Made by a program: the position numbers and the translations under genes
The notes under the pieces: generated by a model
The model's input: the letters and a program-made list of their open reading frames with translations, nothing else
Database searches by the model: none
Told to the model about the DNA's origin: nothing
NCBI GenBank assembly: GCA_963806855.1
Contig: CAWDYW010000003.1
Location: 384,001 to 448,000 of the forward strand
Origin: an uncultured Verrucomicrobiae bacterium
GTDB lineage: Bacteria > Chlamydiota > Chlamydiia > Chlamydiales > Rhabdochlamydiaceae
Direction of reading: 5' to 3'
Length of the DNA stretch: 64,000 nucleotides
Shown: positions 54,061 through 63,957 of the stretch, piece after piece
How the letters are laid out: the number at the start of each line of letters is the position of its first letter
Position numbering within the stretch: the stretch's first letter is position 1

Positions 54061-54825
54061 TTAATTGCTTAATTTTTGAATAAATAGTGAGGCTGCAGTT
54101 ACAGATCCAGGTGGAGAGGTCCCTATAATTGTGCTAGCACCAATATTTCTAACCGTTAAATCAATACCAGTGATCAAAGCTGATTCAAGTGTTGTCGCCG
54201 GAATTACAAAGATCGCCTCCCCAATGATATTGAGCTGACCAGCTCCTGGAGCAATCCCTGAAGAGCGATCACTCCCTGGAATCCCCATGTTAAAAGGGGC
54301 CCCTAGCCATAATTGGAACTCTGTTGGATCACTATGAGCCGCTCGTCCAACGGTCACTATATAACGAGCAAAATAGACTCCCGCTGAATGAATCTTTACT
54401 ATTGAATCTGTGCCATTATGATCGAATGTTGTCCCAGGAGCAAAGTAAATTGGATTAGTAAAGGCAGCTGGGATGTTAAACGAAATGTCTCCTCCTGGCA
54501 GTACAGCTTGGGTTGTATTAGCTGATGTATTATATACATAAGCATAATCCAAAACACCCCCGGGGAGGCCTATTGTCCCTGGAGGACCTTGTATGCCTGG
54601 CGCGCCTGGCACCCCAGCTAATCCTGGTATTCCAGCTGCTCCGGGTAATCCGGGCAGTCCAGCAACTGCGGCTGAAGTGGTTGCGCCCGTAACAATACTT
54701 TCTCCATGACAGCACCCCTCACAAGAGGCGCTTAGAGAATCATCATTTAATAACAGCATAGCAGAGGCCAGCAGTAAGCTGCTTCGTAAAACAGCATGTA
54801 ACTTAGTATATCTAATGCTCACCAT
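54061..54825 (-). CDS. Secreted collagen-like protein with BclA/C1q-like C-terminal domain
   Basis: Signal peptide, CEGCC, 11 Gly-X-Y triplets, GVYFARY.V, AASLFIQKL. Confidence 0.8.
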   Translation of the reverse strand: MVSIRYTKLHAVLRSSLLLASAMLLLNDDSLSASCEGCCHGESIVTGATTSAAVAGLPGLPGAAGIPGLAGVPGAPGIQGPPGTIGLPGGVLDYAYVYNTSANTTQAVLPGGDISFNIPAAFTNPIYFAPGTTFDHNGTDSIVKIHSAGVYFARYIVTVGRAAHSDPTEFQLWLGAPFNMGIPGSDRSSGIAPGAGQLNIIGEAIFVIPATTLESALITGIDLTVRNIGASTIIGTSPPGSVTAASLFIQKLSN

Positions 54826-54841
54826 TCAAAGATCCTCTTGG

Positions 54842-55537
54842 TTAATTGCTGCTTAATTTTTGAATAAATAGGGATGCTGCGGTTAATGCATTCCCCTCGG
54901 CCCCTATTTGTGTTGGGTTTAATGGATCTGTATTTCGAACACTTAGTGCAATTCCAATCTGTGAAGCATCCACCCTAAAGATGACTTCTCCTGCCATGTT
55001 AAGCTGGGCAGCACCTGACCCAATACCTGAAGACCGATCACTACCGGTAAGAACGTTAGGCCCTAGAAAGATTGCAAAAGTGGTGGGATCAAAATGAGCA
55101 GCAGCGACTGACACTACATAACGTGCAAGGTAAGTCCCTACAGAGTTAATCAGCACATCTCCTGATCCCGATGCATGAGAGAAGGTAGAACCTGGCGCAA
55201 ATACACCATTGGGCTCAGTCCATAAAATTTCGCTACCACCTGCGACACCTTGATTAAGGGCAAACACCATTCCGTAATCCAACAAGCCTCCTGGGAGGCC
55301 TGGCGAACCTGGAGGTCCTGCTATTCCCGGCGCTCCGGGAACGCCAGCTAATCCTGGCAATCCTGCCGCACCTGCCACACCTGGAAGTCCTGCAGTCGCA
55401 GCAGAAGATGTAGCTTCAGAAATAAGGCTTTGCCCGCGCGAGCAACCTCCGCAATTAGCCAGCAGAGCCATTTGACTGTGCAAGACGCTAATTGTCAATA
55501 ATAAACTAAAAGTGCGAAAGATCATAGATATCCTCAA
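54842..55537 (-). CDS. Secreted collagen-like protein, paralog
   Basis: Signal peptide, CGGC, 11 Gly-X-Y triplets, GTYLARYVV, AASLFIQKL. Confidence 0.8.
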   Translation of the reverse strand: MRISMIFRTFSLLLTISVLHSQMALLANCGGCSRGQSLISEATSSAATAGLPGVAGAAGLPGLAGVPGAPGIAGPPGSPGLPGGLLDYGMVFALNQGVAGGSEILWTEPNGVFAPGSTFSHASGSGDVLINSVGTYLARYVVSVAAAHFDPTTFAIFLGPNVLTGSDRSSGIGSGAAQLNMAGEVIFRVDASQIGIALSVRNTDPLNPTQIGAEGNALTAASLFIQKLSSN

Positions 55538-55716
55538 TATGTCTTGTTATGTTTCTCTATAAGATTTGAGCCTGAACCGAGATGGTAGGGTGCGTCAAAT
55601 GAGAAACCGTTGTTGAAAATTTAACTATAAAGAATGCAATTTGCACAAGTTTTTTTAACCCACCTTTTTTATTAAGGATTTGTCATTTTTTTAATATACT
55701 GAATACCAAGGTGTTA

Positions 55717-55773
55717 ACATTTATTCGTACGAAAAAGTGTATGAATCTCACACTTTTTCGTACGAATAAATGT
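55717..55773. promoter_or_regulatory. 24-bp perfect inverted repeat whose arms are themselves palindromic (33-bp period), upstream of AAA ATPase 3
   Basis: acatttattcgtacgaaaaagtgt-N9-acactttttcgtacgaataaatgt. Confidence 0.8.
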
Positions 55774-55795
55774 AATTCCTGGTTAAAATCAGGGT

Positions 55796-57115
55796 ATGAA
55801 GCGGAAAATCATGGAAAGCTTACGGGCCTGGAAGCGGGGGGCTCACAGAAAGCCTTTACTCCTCATGGGAGCAAGGCAAGTAGGGAAGACATTTATCCTT
55901 AAAAAATTTGGGGAAGAGGAGTATGAAAATACTGTCTATCTCAATTTCGAAAATAACATTCCTCTATGTAAATTGTTCGAAGAAAGCTTAGATCCCAAAG
56001 TTCTCCTCAAAGTTTTGTCCATTGAAAGCAATTCTGAAATTATAGAGGGCAAAACGTTGCTCATTTTCGATGAGGTGCAAGAATGCCCCAATGCCCTCAA
56101 TAGTCTTAAGTATTTTTGCGAGGATGCTCCAGAGATCCATATCGTCGCAGCAGGATCGCTACTCGGTGTGAAACTTAAGCATGTCAAAGGATTTCCAGTA
56201 GGAAAGGTGGAATTTCTAACATTATATCCGATGAGTTTTCTTGAATTTCTTGAGGCGTTAGATCAAACAAGGCTTAAGACATATGTAGAAGAATATGGGA
56301 AAATCGAATCTCTTCCAACTCCTCTTCATGACAAATTGCTAAATCATTTCAAAGAGTACTTATTCATTGGAGGGATGCCAGAGGTAGTTTCTGAATATCT
56401 TAACTCGCAAAATCTATCAAAGGTTCGGGAGATTCAAAATGCAGTTCTGAATGCTTATGCCTTAGATTTTGCTAAGCATGCTCCAAAGGACCAGATTATG
56501 AAAATTAATCAAGTCTGGGATTCAATTCCTTCTCAACTCGCCAAAGAAAATAAGAAATTTATCTATTCGGTGATAAGGCAGGGTGCACGCGCAAGAGAAT
56601 TTGAGGTTGCTCTACAATGGCTCTTAGAGGCAGGTTTAATTCATAAGGTTTCGCTAATTAGTACCCCTAAGATTCCCCTTTCTGCTTATTCAGATCTCAA
56701 TATTTTTAAAATCTATCTAGTCGATGTGGGTCTACTTGGGGCGATGTCAAATTTAGATCCAAAAGCGATTTTGCATGAGAATGAGCTTTTCGAAGAGTTT
56801 AGAGGATCTATTACAGAAAATTATGTGGCTCAAGAGCTCATTCATAGCGAATATCGATTATTCTATTGGGCCAGTGAAGGGCGAGCCGAGCTCGATTTTG
56901 TCCTAGAACAAGATGGGTCCATTTATCCAATTGAAGTGAAATCGGGGAATTCTACAAAGAAAAAAAGCCTCAAAGTCTATGGCGATACTTATCATCCAAA
57001 AATTCTCATCAGGTGTTCTCCGATGAATTTGCGCAAAGATGGGGAAATTCTAAATTGCCCTCTCTATCTCATTGAAGAGTTGCAGTCGTTGATAAAATCA
57101 TGTGTAGGCCAGTAG
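55796..57115 (+). CDS. COG1373-type AAA+ ATPase (AAA_14 + DUF4143), paralog of 21445
   Basis: GARQVGKT, FDEVQECP, AAGSLLG, ELDFV..PIEVKSG. Confidence 0.92.
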   Translation: MKRKIMESLRAWKRGAHRKPLLLMGARQVGKTFILKKFGEEEYENTVYLNFENNIPLCKLFEESLDPKVLLKVLSIESNSEIIEGKTLLIFDEVQECPNALNSLKYFCEDAPEIHIVAAGSLLGVKLKHVKGFPVGKVEFLTLYPMSFLEFLEALDQTRLKTYVEEYGKIESLPTPLHDKLLNHFKEYLFIGGMPEVVSEYLNSQNLSKVREIQNAVLNAYALDFAKHAPKDQIMKINQVWDSIPSQLAKENKKFIYSVIRQGARAREFEVALQWLLEAGLIHKVSLISTPKIPLSAYSDLNIFKIYLVDVGLLGAMSNLDPKAILHENELFEEFRGSITENYVAQELIHSEYRLFYWASEGRAELDFVLEQDGSIYPIEVKSGNSTKKKSLKVYGDTYHPKILIRCSPMNLRKDGEILNCPLYLIEELQSLIKSCVGQ

Positions 57116-57493
57116 CAGAGCCGAAGCTTGGTCGGCGATCTCTTTATCTAGGCATTCGGTGAGCGACTGGGCCTCTTTTTCGGCTTGCTTCTTGTAGCCG
57201 AGGGCGTAGAGGGCTTTGGCCCTATTCAATCTTGTAGGCAGGTGATTGGGGTCGAGTTTCAGGGCGCGCTCGATGTAATTGAGGGCCATCAGGTTGTTGT
57301 TTTGCTGCAGATGGAGGGCGCCGAGGGTCTGCAGGTCGTAGGGCTCGCCGGGGTTGAGGACGGCGAGGGCCTCGAAGAAGGTGAGGGCGATGTCATATTT
57401 CCCTTGCTTGAGGTAGGAATAGCCGACGAAGCGAAGGTCTTCGAGCTCTTCGTTGTTCCAATCTAGGACTTCTAACCAATTGATGTCTGACAT
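57098..57493 (-). CDS. TPR protein, putative T3SS chaperone (CT274-like)
   Basis: DLRFVGYSYLKQGKY, TPR repeats; synteny with mraW. Confidence 0.75.
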   Translation of the reverse strand: MSDINWLEVLDWNNEELEDLRFVGYSYLKQGKYDIALTFFEALAVLNPGEPYDLQTLGALHLQQNNNLMALNYIERALKLDPNHLPTRLNRAKALYALGYKKQAEKEAQSLTECLDKEIADQASALLLAYT

Positions 57494-57497
57494 AGGG

Positions 57498-57974
57498 TTA
57501 CCCCTTCTGATATTGAGCTCTTCTCGAATTTATATCAATGAGGAGCTGATCAAAGATATGGAGATTGCTGAGTAGCTTTAAAAGAATCTGTTTCTCTTGC
57601 TCCACTTCCTCGATCTCGGTAGGGAGGGCATGTTGTCTTTTCTTCTTCTCTTCGTCGCCGATTGCTTCCACTCGTTGTACTTGGGCCTCCTGTTTGTCGG
57701 GGGTGCCCAGCTGGGGGATCACTTGCTCGGCGAAGAGGCGGCGGCGGGAGGCGGTGTAGAGGGGTGGGGCAAGGAAGGTGGCCCAGCTCGCTTTCCGCTT
57801 GCCGAGGTCAAAGAGGAGGTCGAACTCGGGCAGGTGGGAGGGGGTGGTAGTGGTGACGCTGGTTTGGGAAGTGACCGAGCGGGCGTCCCTGATGAAGGAC
57901 TCGTCGAAGAGTTCCCGGTCCTCCGCATAGCGGTTGGAGATGTCTAGCCCTAAATTGTCGATCGTACGTGCCAT
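57498..57974 (-). CDS. Chlamydial conserved protein (CT273/DUF5399-like)
   Basis: WATFLAPP, C-terminal INSRRAQYQKG; synteny. Confidence 0.65.
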   Translation of the reverse strand: MARTIDNLGLDISNRYAEDRELFDESFIRDARSVTSQTSVTTTTPSHLPEFDLLFDLGKRKASWATFLAPPLYTASRRRLFAEQVIPQLGTPDKQEAQVQRVEAIGDEEKKKRQHALPTEIEEVEQEKQILLKLLSNLHIFDQLLIDINSRRAQYQKG

Positions 57975-58101
57975 ATCTTCCGTTTAGATCTGGGGGTGTT
58001 TTTTATCAAGAAAATATTTGATTCCCACCAATTCCCACTTTTATTTTTCATAGGGAATTTGGCCGGTTTAATCCAAAAAATGATTGCCAAGTTTGCAGTC
58101 C

Positions 58102-58130
58102 GTTGGTAAATTGTGGGAAATAGTGGAAAT
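58102..58130 (+). promoter_or_regulatory. MraZ-box direct repeats (TGG cores at a 10-bp period)
   Basis: gttggtaaa-ttgtgggaaa-tagtggaaat just before the mraZ ATG; two inverted copies (ttcccac) at 58022-58038. Confidence 0.65.
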
Positions 58131-58137
58131 AAAGGTC

Positions 58138-58641
58138 ATGAATCGCTTCTTTTTCAGCGGATCTCAAATCGCAAAGCTCGACGACAAGAATCGTTTCGTC
58201 CTGCCTCAGCATATGCGCTTTGGACTGGTGGAAAATGGCGTGCTCGAATTCAGCATTGCCCTTGGTCTCGGTGGTTGTTTGGCGATTTATCGTCAGAGCG
58301 ACATCGAGAAAATTGTCGCCAAGTTCCAAGCGAAGCAGCATGTGGGAAAATATCAGAAGTTCTTCACGCTGTTCTTTTCCACTTTGCACCAATTGACTTG
58401 CGATAAGATCGGCCGGGTCAATTTGCCCCCGATGCTCAAGAAAGCGGTAGGCATTAAGAGCGAGATCGTCATCGCAGGGGTACTGAATAAGATCGAGATT
58501 TGGCCAAAAGAGATCTATGAATCTCAATTGGACGAGTTGCTCAGCGAAAAAGGGCCAGATTCAGATTTAGCGAAAATGAGCGAAGAAGCGTTTGCTCTAC
58601 TTGAGGAGGGCGATGATGCACAAATCGAAATCTTCGAATGA
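58138..58641 (+). CDS. mraZ: Division/cell wall cluster repressor MraZ
   Basis: KLDDKNRFVLP, DKIGRVNLP, GVLNKIEIW. Confidence 0.92.
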   Translation: MNRFFFSGSQIAKLDDKNRFVLPQHMRFGLVENGVLEFSIALGLGGCLAIYRQSDIEKIVAKFQAKQHVGKYQKFFTLFFSTLHQLTCDKIGRVNLPPMLKKAVGIKSEIVIAGVLNKIEIWPKEIYESQLDELLSEKGPDSDLAKMSEEAFALLEEGDDAQIEIFE

Positions 58642-59568
58642 AAGACGGCCCCACACTTCGATCATGGTCGATGAGGTGTTGAAGGGCTTAGAAGGTGCAA
58701 ATTTAAAGGTGTTTTACGAGGGGACTTTAGGCGCTGGCGGCCATGCTGCGGCGATTTTAGAGGCCCATCCGGAGATCGAGCGGTATATCGGATGCGATAA
58801 GGATCCTGAGGCACTGGCGATCGCTGCAAAGACTCTCGAGAAGTGGAAGAGCAAAGTCGAGTTTGTACAGGGCAATTTTGCCGACCTCGACGAGCATCTT
58901 GCTGAAAGAGGGATTAAAGAAGTTGACGGTTTTTTTTTGATTTGGGGGTTTCATCTATGCAATTAGATCAGGGTGAAAAAGGTTTTAGTTTTAGCAAAGA
59001 TGGTCCTTTGGATATGCGAATGGATCCCCATGAATCGCTCACTGCGCGAGAGATTATCAATAATTGGTCTGAGGAGCAGCTGGGAGAGATTTTCCGAGAG
59101 TTTGGTGAAGAGCCCAGATGGCGCAGAGCGGCCAAGATGATTGTAGAAGAGCGTGAGAAAAATGCGATCGAAACGACAAAACAACTAGCGGACTTAATCG
59201 CCAATAGTTTAGGAAGAGGATTTAAGGTGAAGCTCCATCCTGCGACGCTGATTTTTCAAGCGCTGCGCATTTGTGTGAACCGGGAACTCGAGTCGATCCT
59301 AAAGGCGCTGCCAAAGGCTTTAGAATTCTTGAGCTTTGGTGGAAGAATTGGGGTGATGAGCTTTCATCGATTGGAAGACCGAATTGTGAAGACGATTTTT
59401 AAGGAAGCGGCTGCTGTGCCTGCTCAAAACAAATATAAAGAATATATCCACAAGCCTTTTTTGAGGCTTTTGGACAAGAAACCGAAAACTGCTAACGATG
59501 CCGAAGTGCGCGAAAATCCTCGTTCACGGAGTGCGAAATTGCGATTTGCCGAAAGGATAGGAACATGA
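58613..59568 (+). CDS. rsmH: 16S rRNA m4C1402 methyltransferase (frame break at T9 run 58930-58938)
   Basis: GTLGAGGH, DLGVSSMQLD, DGPLDMRM, FQALRICVNREL, NPRSRSAKLR. Confidence 0.93.
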
Positions 59569-59936
59569 ACAAGGGTTTTTTTATCAAAAGTACAATCTGC
59601 ATCCTCTTCTTAGGGGTCTGCTTGTACTCGTATTTAGACTTGCAAAATGGATTGACTGAGCTTAGAATTAGGATCCCTCATTTGGCAAGTGAAGTGAGAA
59701 AGGTGGAAGAGGAGAATACCCATCTTCTTTTTGACATCGAGGCTTTCGAGAGCCCTGAGAATCTTCTTAGGTTAGCCAAGCGCCCCGAGTTTGCCCATCT
59801 GAGGTTTCCAATCGGGAGCGATGTTCTGACTCTTAGACAAGGTGCCCCTTTGCAAGAAGTGGTACAGAGAACAATACCTGATTTAAGATTGAAACCTACG
59901 ATCACATTGGCAACTGGTGCTAAAAACTTACAATAA
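59565..59936 (+). CDS. ftsL: FtsL-like cell division protein
   Basis: TM plus coiled coil, ESPENL..LA; between rsmH and ftsI. Confidence 0.7.
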   Translation: MNKGFFIKSTICILFLGVCLYSYLDLQNGLTELRIRIPHLASEVRKVEEENTHLLFDIEAFESPENLLRLAKRPEFAHLRFPIGSDVLTLRQGAPLQEVVQRTIPDLRLKPTITLATGAKNLQ

Positions 59937-61926
59937 ACCGACTTTTTCCATTGAAAAACGGCTGATTGGCGTCGCACTATTTCTTCTTTTCCTGTTTACC
60001 TTGCTGGTGATCCAATTTTTCCGGATCCAGATTGTCCAACATGAAAAGTGGGATGCCCAAGCTCATGTCCAACACACGACGGTGGTCAAAGAGCCGTTTA
60101 AACGGGGAGTCTTCTACTCGAATACTTCGATTAAGACCGGTCACCCTTCTCCTCCACAGCCGCTTGTGATCGATGTGCCGAAGTTCCATCTCTACATCGA
60201 TCCGAAGAGCATCCCCGAAAAATTTCGGAGTGAAATCGCCGCCCAATTTCAAAATTTCTTGAAGTTAAGCTCGCAGGAGCAGCAGAAGATGCGCGAGCAA
60301 TTTGAAAAGCCGTCCCATAGCCGAAAAGTGGCGATGTGGCTGAGCGGAGAACTGAAAGAGGGGATCGAGGCCTGGTGGCGCCCCTATGCAAAAAAGGGAA
60401 AAATCCCCCGCAACGCCATTTTCTTTGTGAAGGATTACCAACGCTCTTATCCCTATGGGAAACTGCTCGGTCAAGTGATCCATACTGTGCGGGAGCTGCG
60501 CGATGAGGCGACCGATCAACTGATCCCTACCGGGGGGCTCGAGCATGTCTTCAATCAATACTTGCAGGGGAAGCCAGGTAAACGGCTCATCTACCGCTCA
60601 CCGCGCCATGCGATGGATATGGGGCAGGTGGTCGATCCTCCTGAGGATGGAGCCGATGTCTATCTGACGATCAACCATTACTTGCAGACGATAGCTGAAG
60701 AGGAGATCGAGCGGCAGGTCAAGATGACCGAATCCAAGCGGGGCTGGGCCCTGATGATGGACCCGGTGACGGGCGAGCTGCTGGCAGTTGCCCAGTACCC
60801 CTTTTTCTCGCCAAAAGATTATCGAGACTATTATAACTCGGCCAGCCTGCTAGAAGAGACTCAGCTCAAGGCGGTCACCGATCCCTATGAGCCGGGCTCG
60901 ACCATGAAAGCGGTCACCTGTGCCATTGGGCTCATGGCTAACGAGGAGATGAAAAAACGGGGAAAACCACCCCTTTTCGACCCCGAAGAAAAAATGAATG
61001 TCCTTCCAGCTCATTTGCCTGGAAGGAAAAAGGTGCTGAAGGATATCAACACCCACCGCTACATGAACATGAATATGGCGCTGCAAAAGTCATCGAATGT
61101 CTATGTGGGAAAAGTGGTCCAGAAGGTGATCGCCGAGCTTGGGGACAAGTGGTACCGGGATACCCTCCATGATGTATTTGGATTTGGGGTAAAGACAGGG
61201 ATTGAGCTGCCCGGCGAAAGTTGCCCCTCCTTGCCCTGCCCAGGAAAGCTCCATCCGAATGGGAAGCTCGAATGGTCGGCCCCGACCCCCTACTCGATGG
61301 CGATGGGGCACAATATCTGTGTCAATAGCTTCCAAATGCTCAGGGTATTTGCCATTTTTGCCAATGGGGGCTATGATGTGAAGCCGACTCTGGTGCGCAA
61401 AATCAGCAGGCAGCTGCCCAATGGGACTGAAAAAATTCTATATGAGCATTCTATAGGCAACAGAAAACGGCTCCTCGATTCAGAAATTGTCAAAAAAGTG
61501 ATCTATGGGATGAGGTTCACCGCAATGCCAGGAGGTTCAGCTGCGAAGGGGAATATCCCAGGGTATACAGAAGCGGGGAAAACAGGGACTTCAGAAAAGA
61601 TCATCGACGGTAAATATTCAAAGAAGGACCATATTTCGACATACCTCGGATTTGCCCCAGCTGACAACCCCCGTTTTGTGCTGCTGATTGTCATCGATGA
61701 GCCGCCCTTCAAGTATATCCCCGGTATTGGGTCGAATCAATATGGGGGAAATTGTGCGGCTCCAGCATTCTCTCGCATTGGGAAACGGGCATTGGAATAT
61801 TTGGGGGTTGAGCCCGATGACCCTTATGGCCATCCAGTCGGCGATCCGCGGCGCGATGCGAAAAAAATGAAGTGGGTGCCAGAGGTAGAGGCATTAAAAA
61901 TTAAATATGATCAGTGGAACCATTGA
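59917..61926 (+). CDS. ftsI: Penicillin-binding protein 3
   Basis: EPGSTMK (SxxK), KSSN (SxN), GKTGT. Confidence 0.92.
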   Translation: MLKTYNKPTFSIEKRLIGVALFLLFLFTLLVIQFFRIQIVQHEKWDAQAHVQHTTVVKEPFKRGVFYSNTSIKTGHPSPPQPLVIDVPKFHLYIDPKSIPEKFRSEIAAQFQNFLKLSSQEQQKMREQFEKPSHSRKVAMWLSGELKEGIEAWWRPYAKKGKIPRNAIFFVKDYQRSYPYGKLLGQVIHTVRELRDEATDQLIPTGGLEHVFNQYLQGKPGKRLIYRSPRHAMDMGQVVDPPEDGADVYLTINHYLQTIAEEEIERQVKMTESKRGWALMMDPVTGELLAVAQYPFFSPKDYRDYYNSASLLEETQLKAVTDPYEPGSTMKAVTCAIGLMANEEMKKRGKPPLFDPEEKMNVLPAHLPGRKKVLKDINTHRYMNMNMALQKSSNVYVGKVVQKVIAELGDKWYRDTLHDVFGFGVKTGIELPGESCPSLPCPGKLHPNGKLEWSAPTPYSMAMGHNICVNSFQMLRVFAIFANGGYDVKPTLVRKISRQLPNGTEKILYEHSIGNRKRLLDSEIVKKVIYGMRFTAMPGGSAAKGNIPGYTEAGKTGTSEKIIDGKYSKKDHISTYLGFAPADNPRFVLLIVIDEPPFKYIPGIGSNQYGGNCAAPAFSRIGKRALEYLGVEPDDPYGHPVGDPRRDAKKMKWVPEVEALKIKYDQWNH

Positions 61927-63353
61927 TGCGGTTAAAAAAGTTGATCCAACAGATTGCAGATATTGAAGTCAGGGGCTCGAAAGAGATCGAAATTACCGGA
62001 CTTTGTGCCAATTCGAAGTTGGTGGCGCCTGGCAACCTATTTATCGCAAAAAAGGGGGCTAAAGTCGATGGAACAAAATTTATTCCAGACGCATTAGCAG
62101 CAGGCGCCGTCGCTGTTTTGACCGACATGTATGATCCCTTTTTAGAAGTCGTTCAACTGATCCATCCCGACGTGGCCAAAATCGAGGCAAAGCTCGCAGC
62201 TGCCTATTACGGGCACCCCTCTTCCTCATTGAAAATGATCGGGATTACCGGGACAAACGGCAAGACCACATCGAGTTTTTTGATTAAACATCTATTCGAT
62301 CATGCGCAAATGATGACCGGTGTCATCGGAACCATCGAATGGGTGATCGGCGACTGCCATTTCCCCGCGACGATGACCACCCCCGATGTTCTCACCAACC
62401 ACAAATTGCTAAGAGAAATGGTCGCAGCAGGGTGCAAGGCTGCTGTGATGGAAGTCACATCGCACGCTTTATCCCAAAATCGGGCAGGGGAAATCGATTT
62501 TGACATCGCTCTTTTCACCAATTTGACTCAGGATCATCTCGATTATCATGGCGACATGGAAAGCTACGCCAGGGCCAAAGAGAAGCTCTTTTTGGCCCTC
62601 TCCAACGATAAATGGGCCATTTTCAACGCTGACGACTCCGCCTGCTTTAGAACTGACGCCAAGGTGATCCAGTATGGCATTGAAAAGCCGGCTGATTTAA
62701 TGGCAAAAGATCTCAAGCTCACCGACAAGGGAATCCAGTTTACCGCCTGTTTCAAAGGTCAAGAGGTAGAGTGCAAATCGCAACTCATCGGAAAATTCAA
62801 TGTCTATAATCTCCTCGGTGCAATTGGCGTAGGGCTTTGTGCAGGACTTAACTTGGAACAATGTGCCGAGATCTTAAAAACCTTCAAAGGGGTGAGGGGG
62901 AGGCTGGAGCGGGTCAAAAATCGACTCGGCCTCAATATCTTGGTCGATTTTGCCCATACCGACGATGCCTTAAAGCGTGTGCTGGAGACCCTTCAGCCGA
63001 TTAAAAAAGGGAAGCTGATCACCGTTTTTGGCTGCGGAGGAGATAGAGACAAACAGAAGCGGGCGAAAATGGGAAGAGTCGTCTGTCAGTTTTCTGATCG
63101 AGCGATCGTCACCAGCGACAACCCCCGCAGCGAAGATCCTGAGGCCATCATCCAGCAAGTTCTCCAAGGGTTCGACCCCCATTATCCAGTAATCACCGAA
63201 GTTGACCGGCAGAAAGCCATCCAAAAAGCAATTGAGCAAATGAATAAAGATGACATTTTGCTCATCGCTGGTAAAGGGCATGAGAAAGAGCAAATTTTCG
63301 CCCACAAAGTGATCCCCTTTGACGATGTTGAGGTGGCGAGACAATGTTGCTAA
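61914..63353 (+). CDS. murE: UDP-MurNAc-tripeptide synthetase (mDAP type)
   Basis: GITGTNGKTT, MEVTSH, DHLDYH, DNPR, AGKGHE. Confidence 0.96.
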   Translation: MEPLMRLKKLIQQIADIEVRGSKEIEITGLCANSKLVAPGNLFIAKKGAKVDGTKFIPDALAAGAVAVLTDMYDPFLEVVQLIHPDVAKIEAKLAAAYYGHPSSSLKMIGITGTNGKTTSSFLIKHLFDHAQMMTGVIGTIEWVIGDCHFPATMTTPDVLTNHKLLREMVAAGCKAAVMEVTSHALSQNRAGEIDFDIALFTNLTQDHLDYHGDMESYARAKEKLFLALSNDKWAIFNADDSACFRTDAKVIQYGIEKPADLMAKDLKLTDKGIQFTACFKGQEVECKSQLIGKFNVYNLLGAIGVGLCAGLNLEQCAEILKTFKGVRGRLERVKNRLGLNILVDFAHTDDALKRVLETLQPIKKGKLITVFGCGGDRDKQKRAKMGRVVCQFSDRAIVTSDNPRSEDPEAIIQQVLQGFDPHYPVITEVDRQKAIQKAIEQMNKDDILLIAGKGHEKEQIFAHKVIPFDDVEVARQCC

Positions 63354-63952
63354 GATTGTTTCTTCTGCTCCTCCCACTGCTGGCCTTTGCGAGCGAAAAG
63401 CCGACCATCATCCTCGACCCTGGGCATGGGGGCAAAGATGAAGGGGCTCGAGTCCTAAGCTGTATAGAAAAACAACTCACCCTGCGCACCTCCTATTTGG
63501 CGAAAAAGCACCTCGAAGCGCTCGGTTATAAAGTGGTCATGACCCGCGCCCGCGATCACTTTTTGGCCCTCGGCACCCGAGTCGTGCGAGCCAATAAGCG
63601 ACCCCATTCGATCTTCGTCAGCGTTCACTACAACTCTGCCTCGAGTCCCGCAGCGAAGGGGATAGAGGTCTACTACTACGGCAAAGGATTGCAGTCACGC
63701 CGCACCTATTCCAGAGAGCTGGCCTCAATCGTGCTCGATCAGGTGGTCAAAGAGACGAGTGGAACTTCGCGAGGGACCAAAGCGGGTAATTTTCAGGTGA
63801 TCCGCGAAACCGTGATGCCGGCGATCCTTGTCGAGGCCGGTTTCATCACCAACAAAGATGAGCGGGCCCTGCTGGGAACACATGCCTATCTCGATAAATT
63901 AGCGAAGGGGATTGCTTTTGGTGTCGATAAATATGTAAAATCCAAAACTTAA
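63344..63952 (+). CDS. amiA: N-acetylmuramoyl-L-alanine amidase
   Basis: LDPGHGGKD, EK, VSVHYN, ILVEAGF. Confidence 0.93.
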   Translation: MLLRLFLLLLPLLAFASEKPTIILDPGHGGKDEGARVLSCIEKQLTLRTSYLAKKHLEALGYKVVMTRARDHFLALGTRVVRANKRPHSIFVSVHYNSASSPAAKGIEVYYYGKGLQSRRTYSRELASIVLDQVVKETSGTSRGTKAGNFQVIRETVMPAILVEAGFITNKDERALLGTHAYLDKLAKGIAFGVDKYVKSKT

Positions 63953-63957
63953 GAAAA

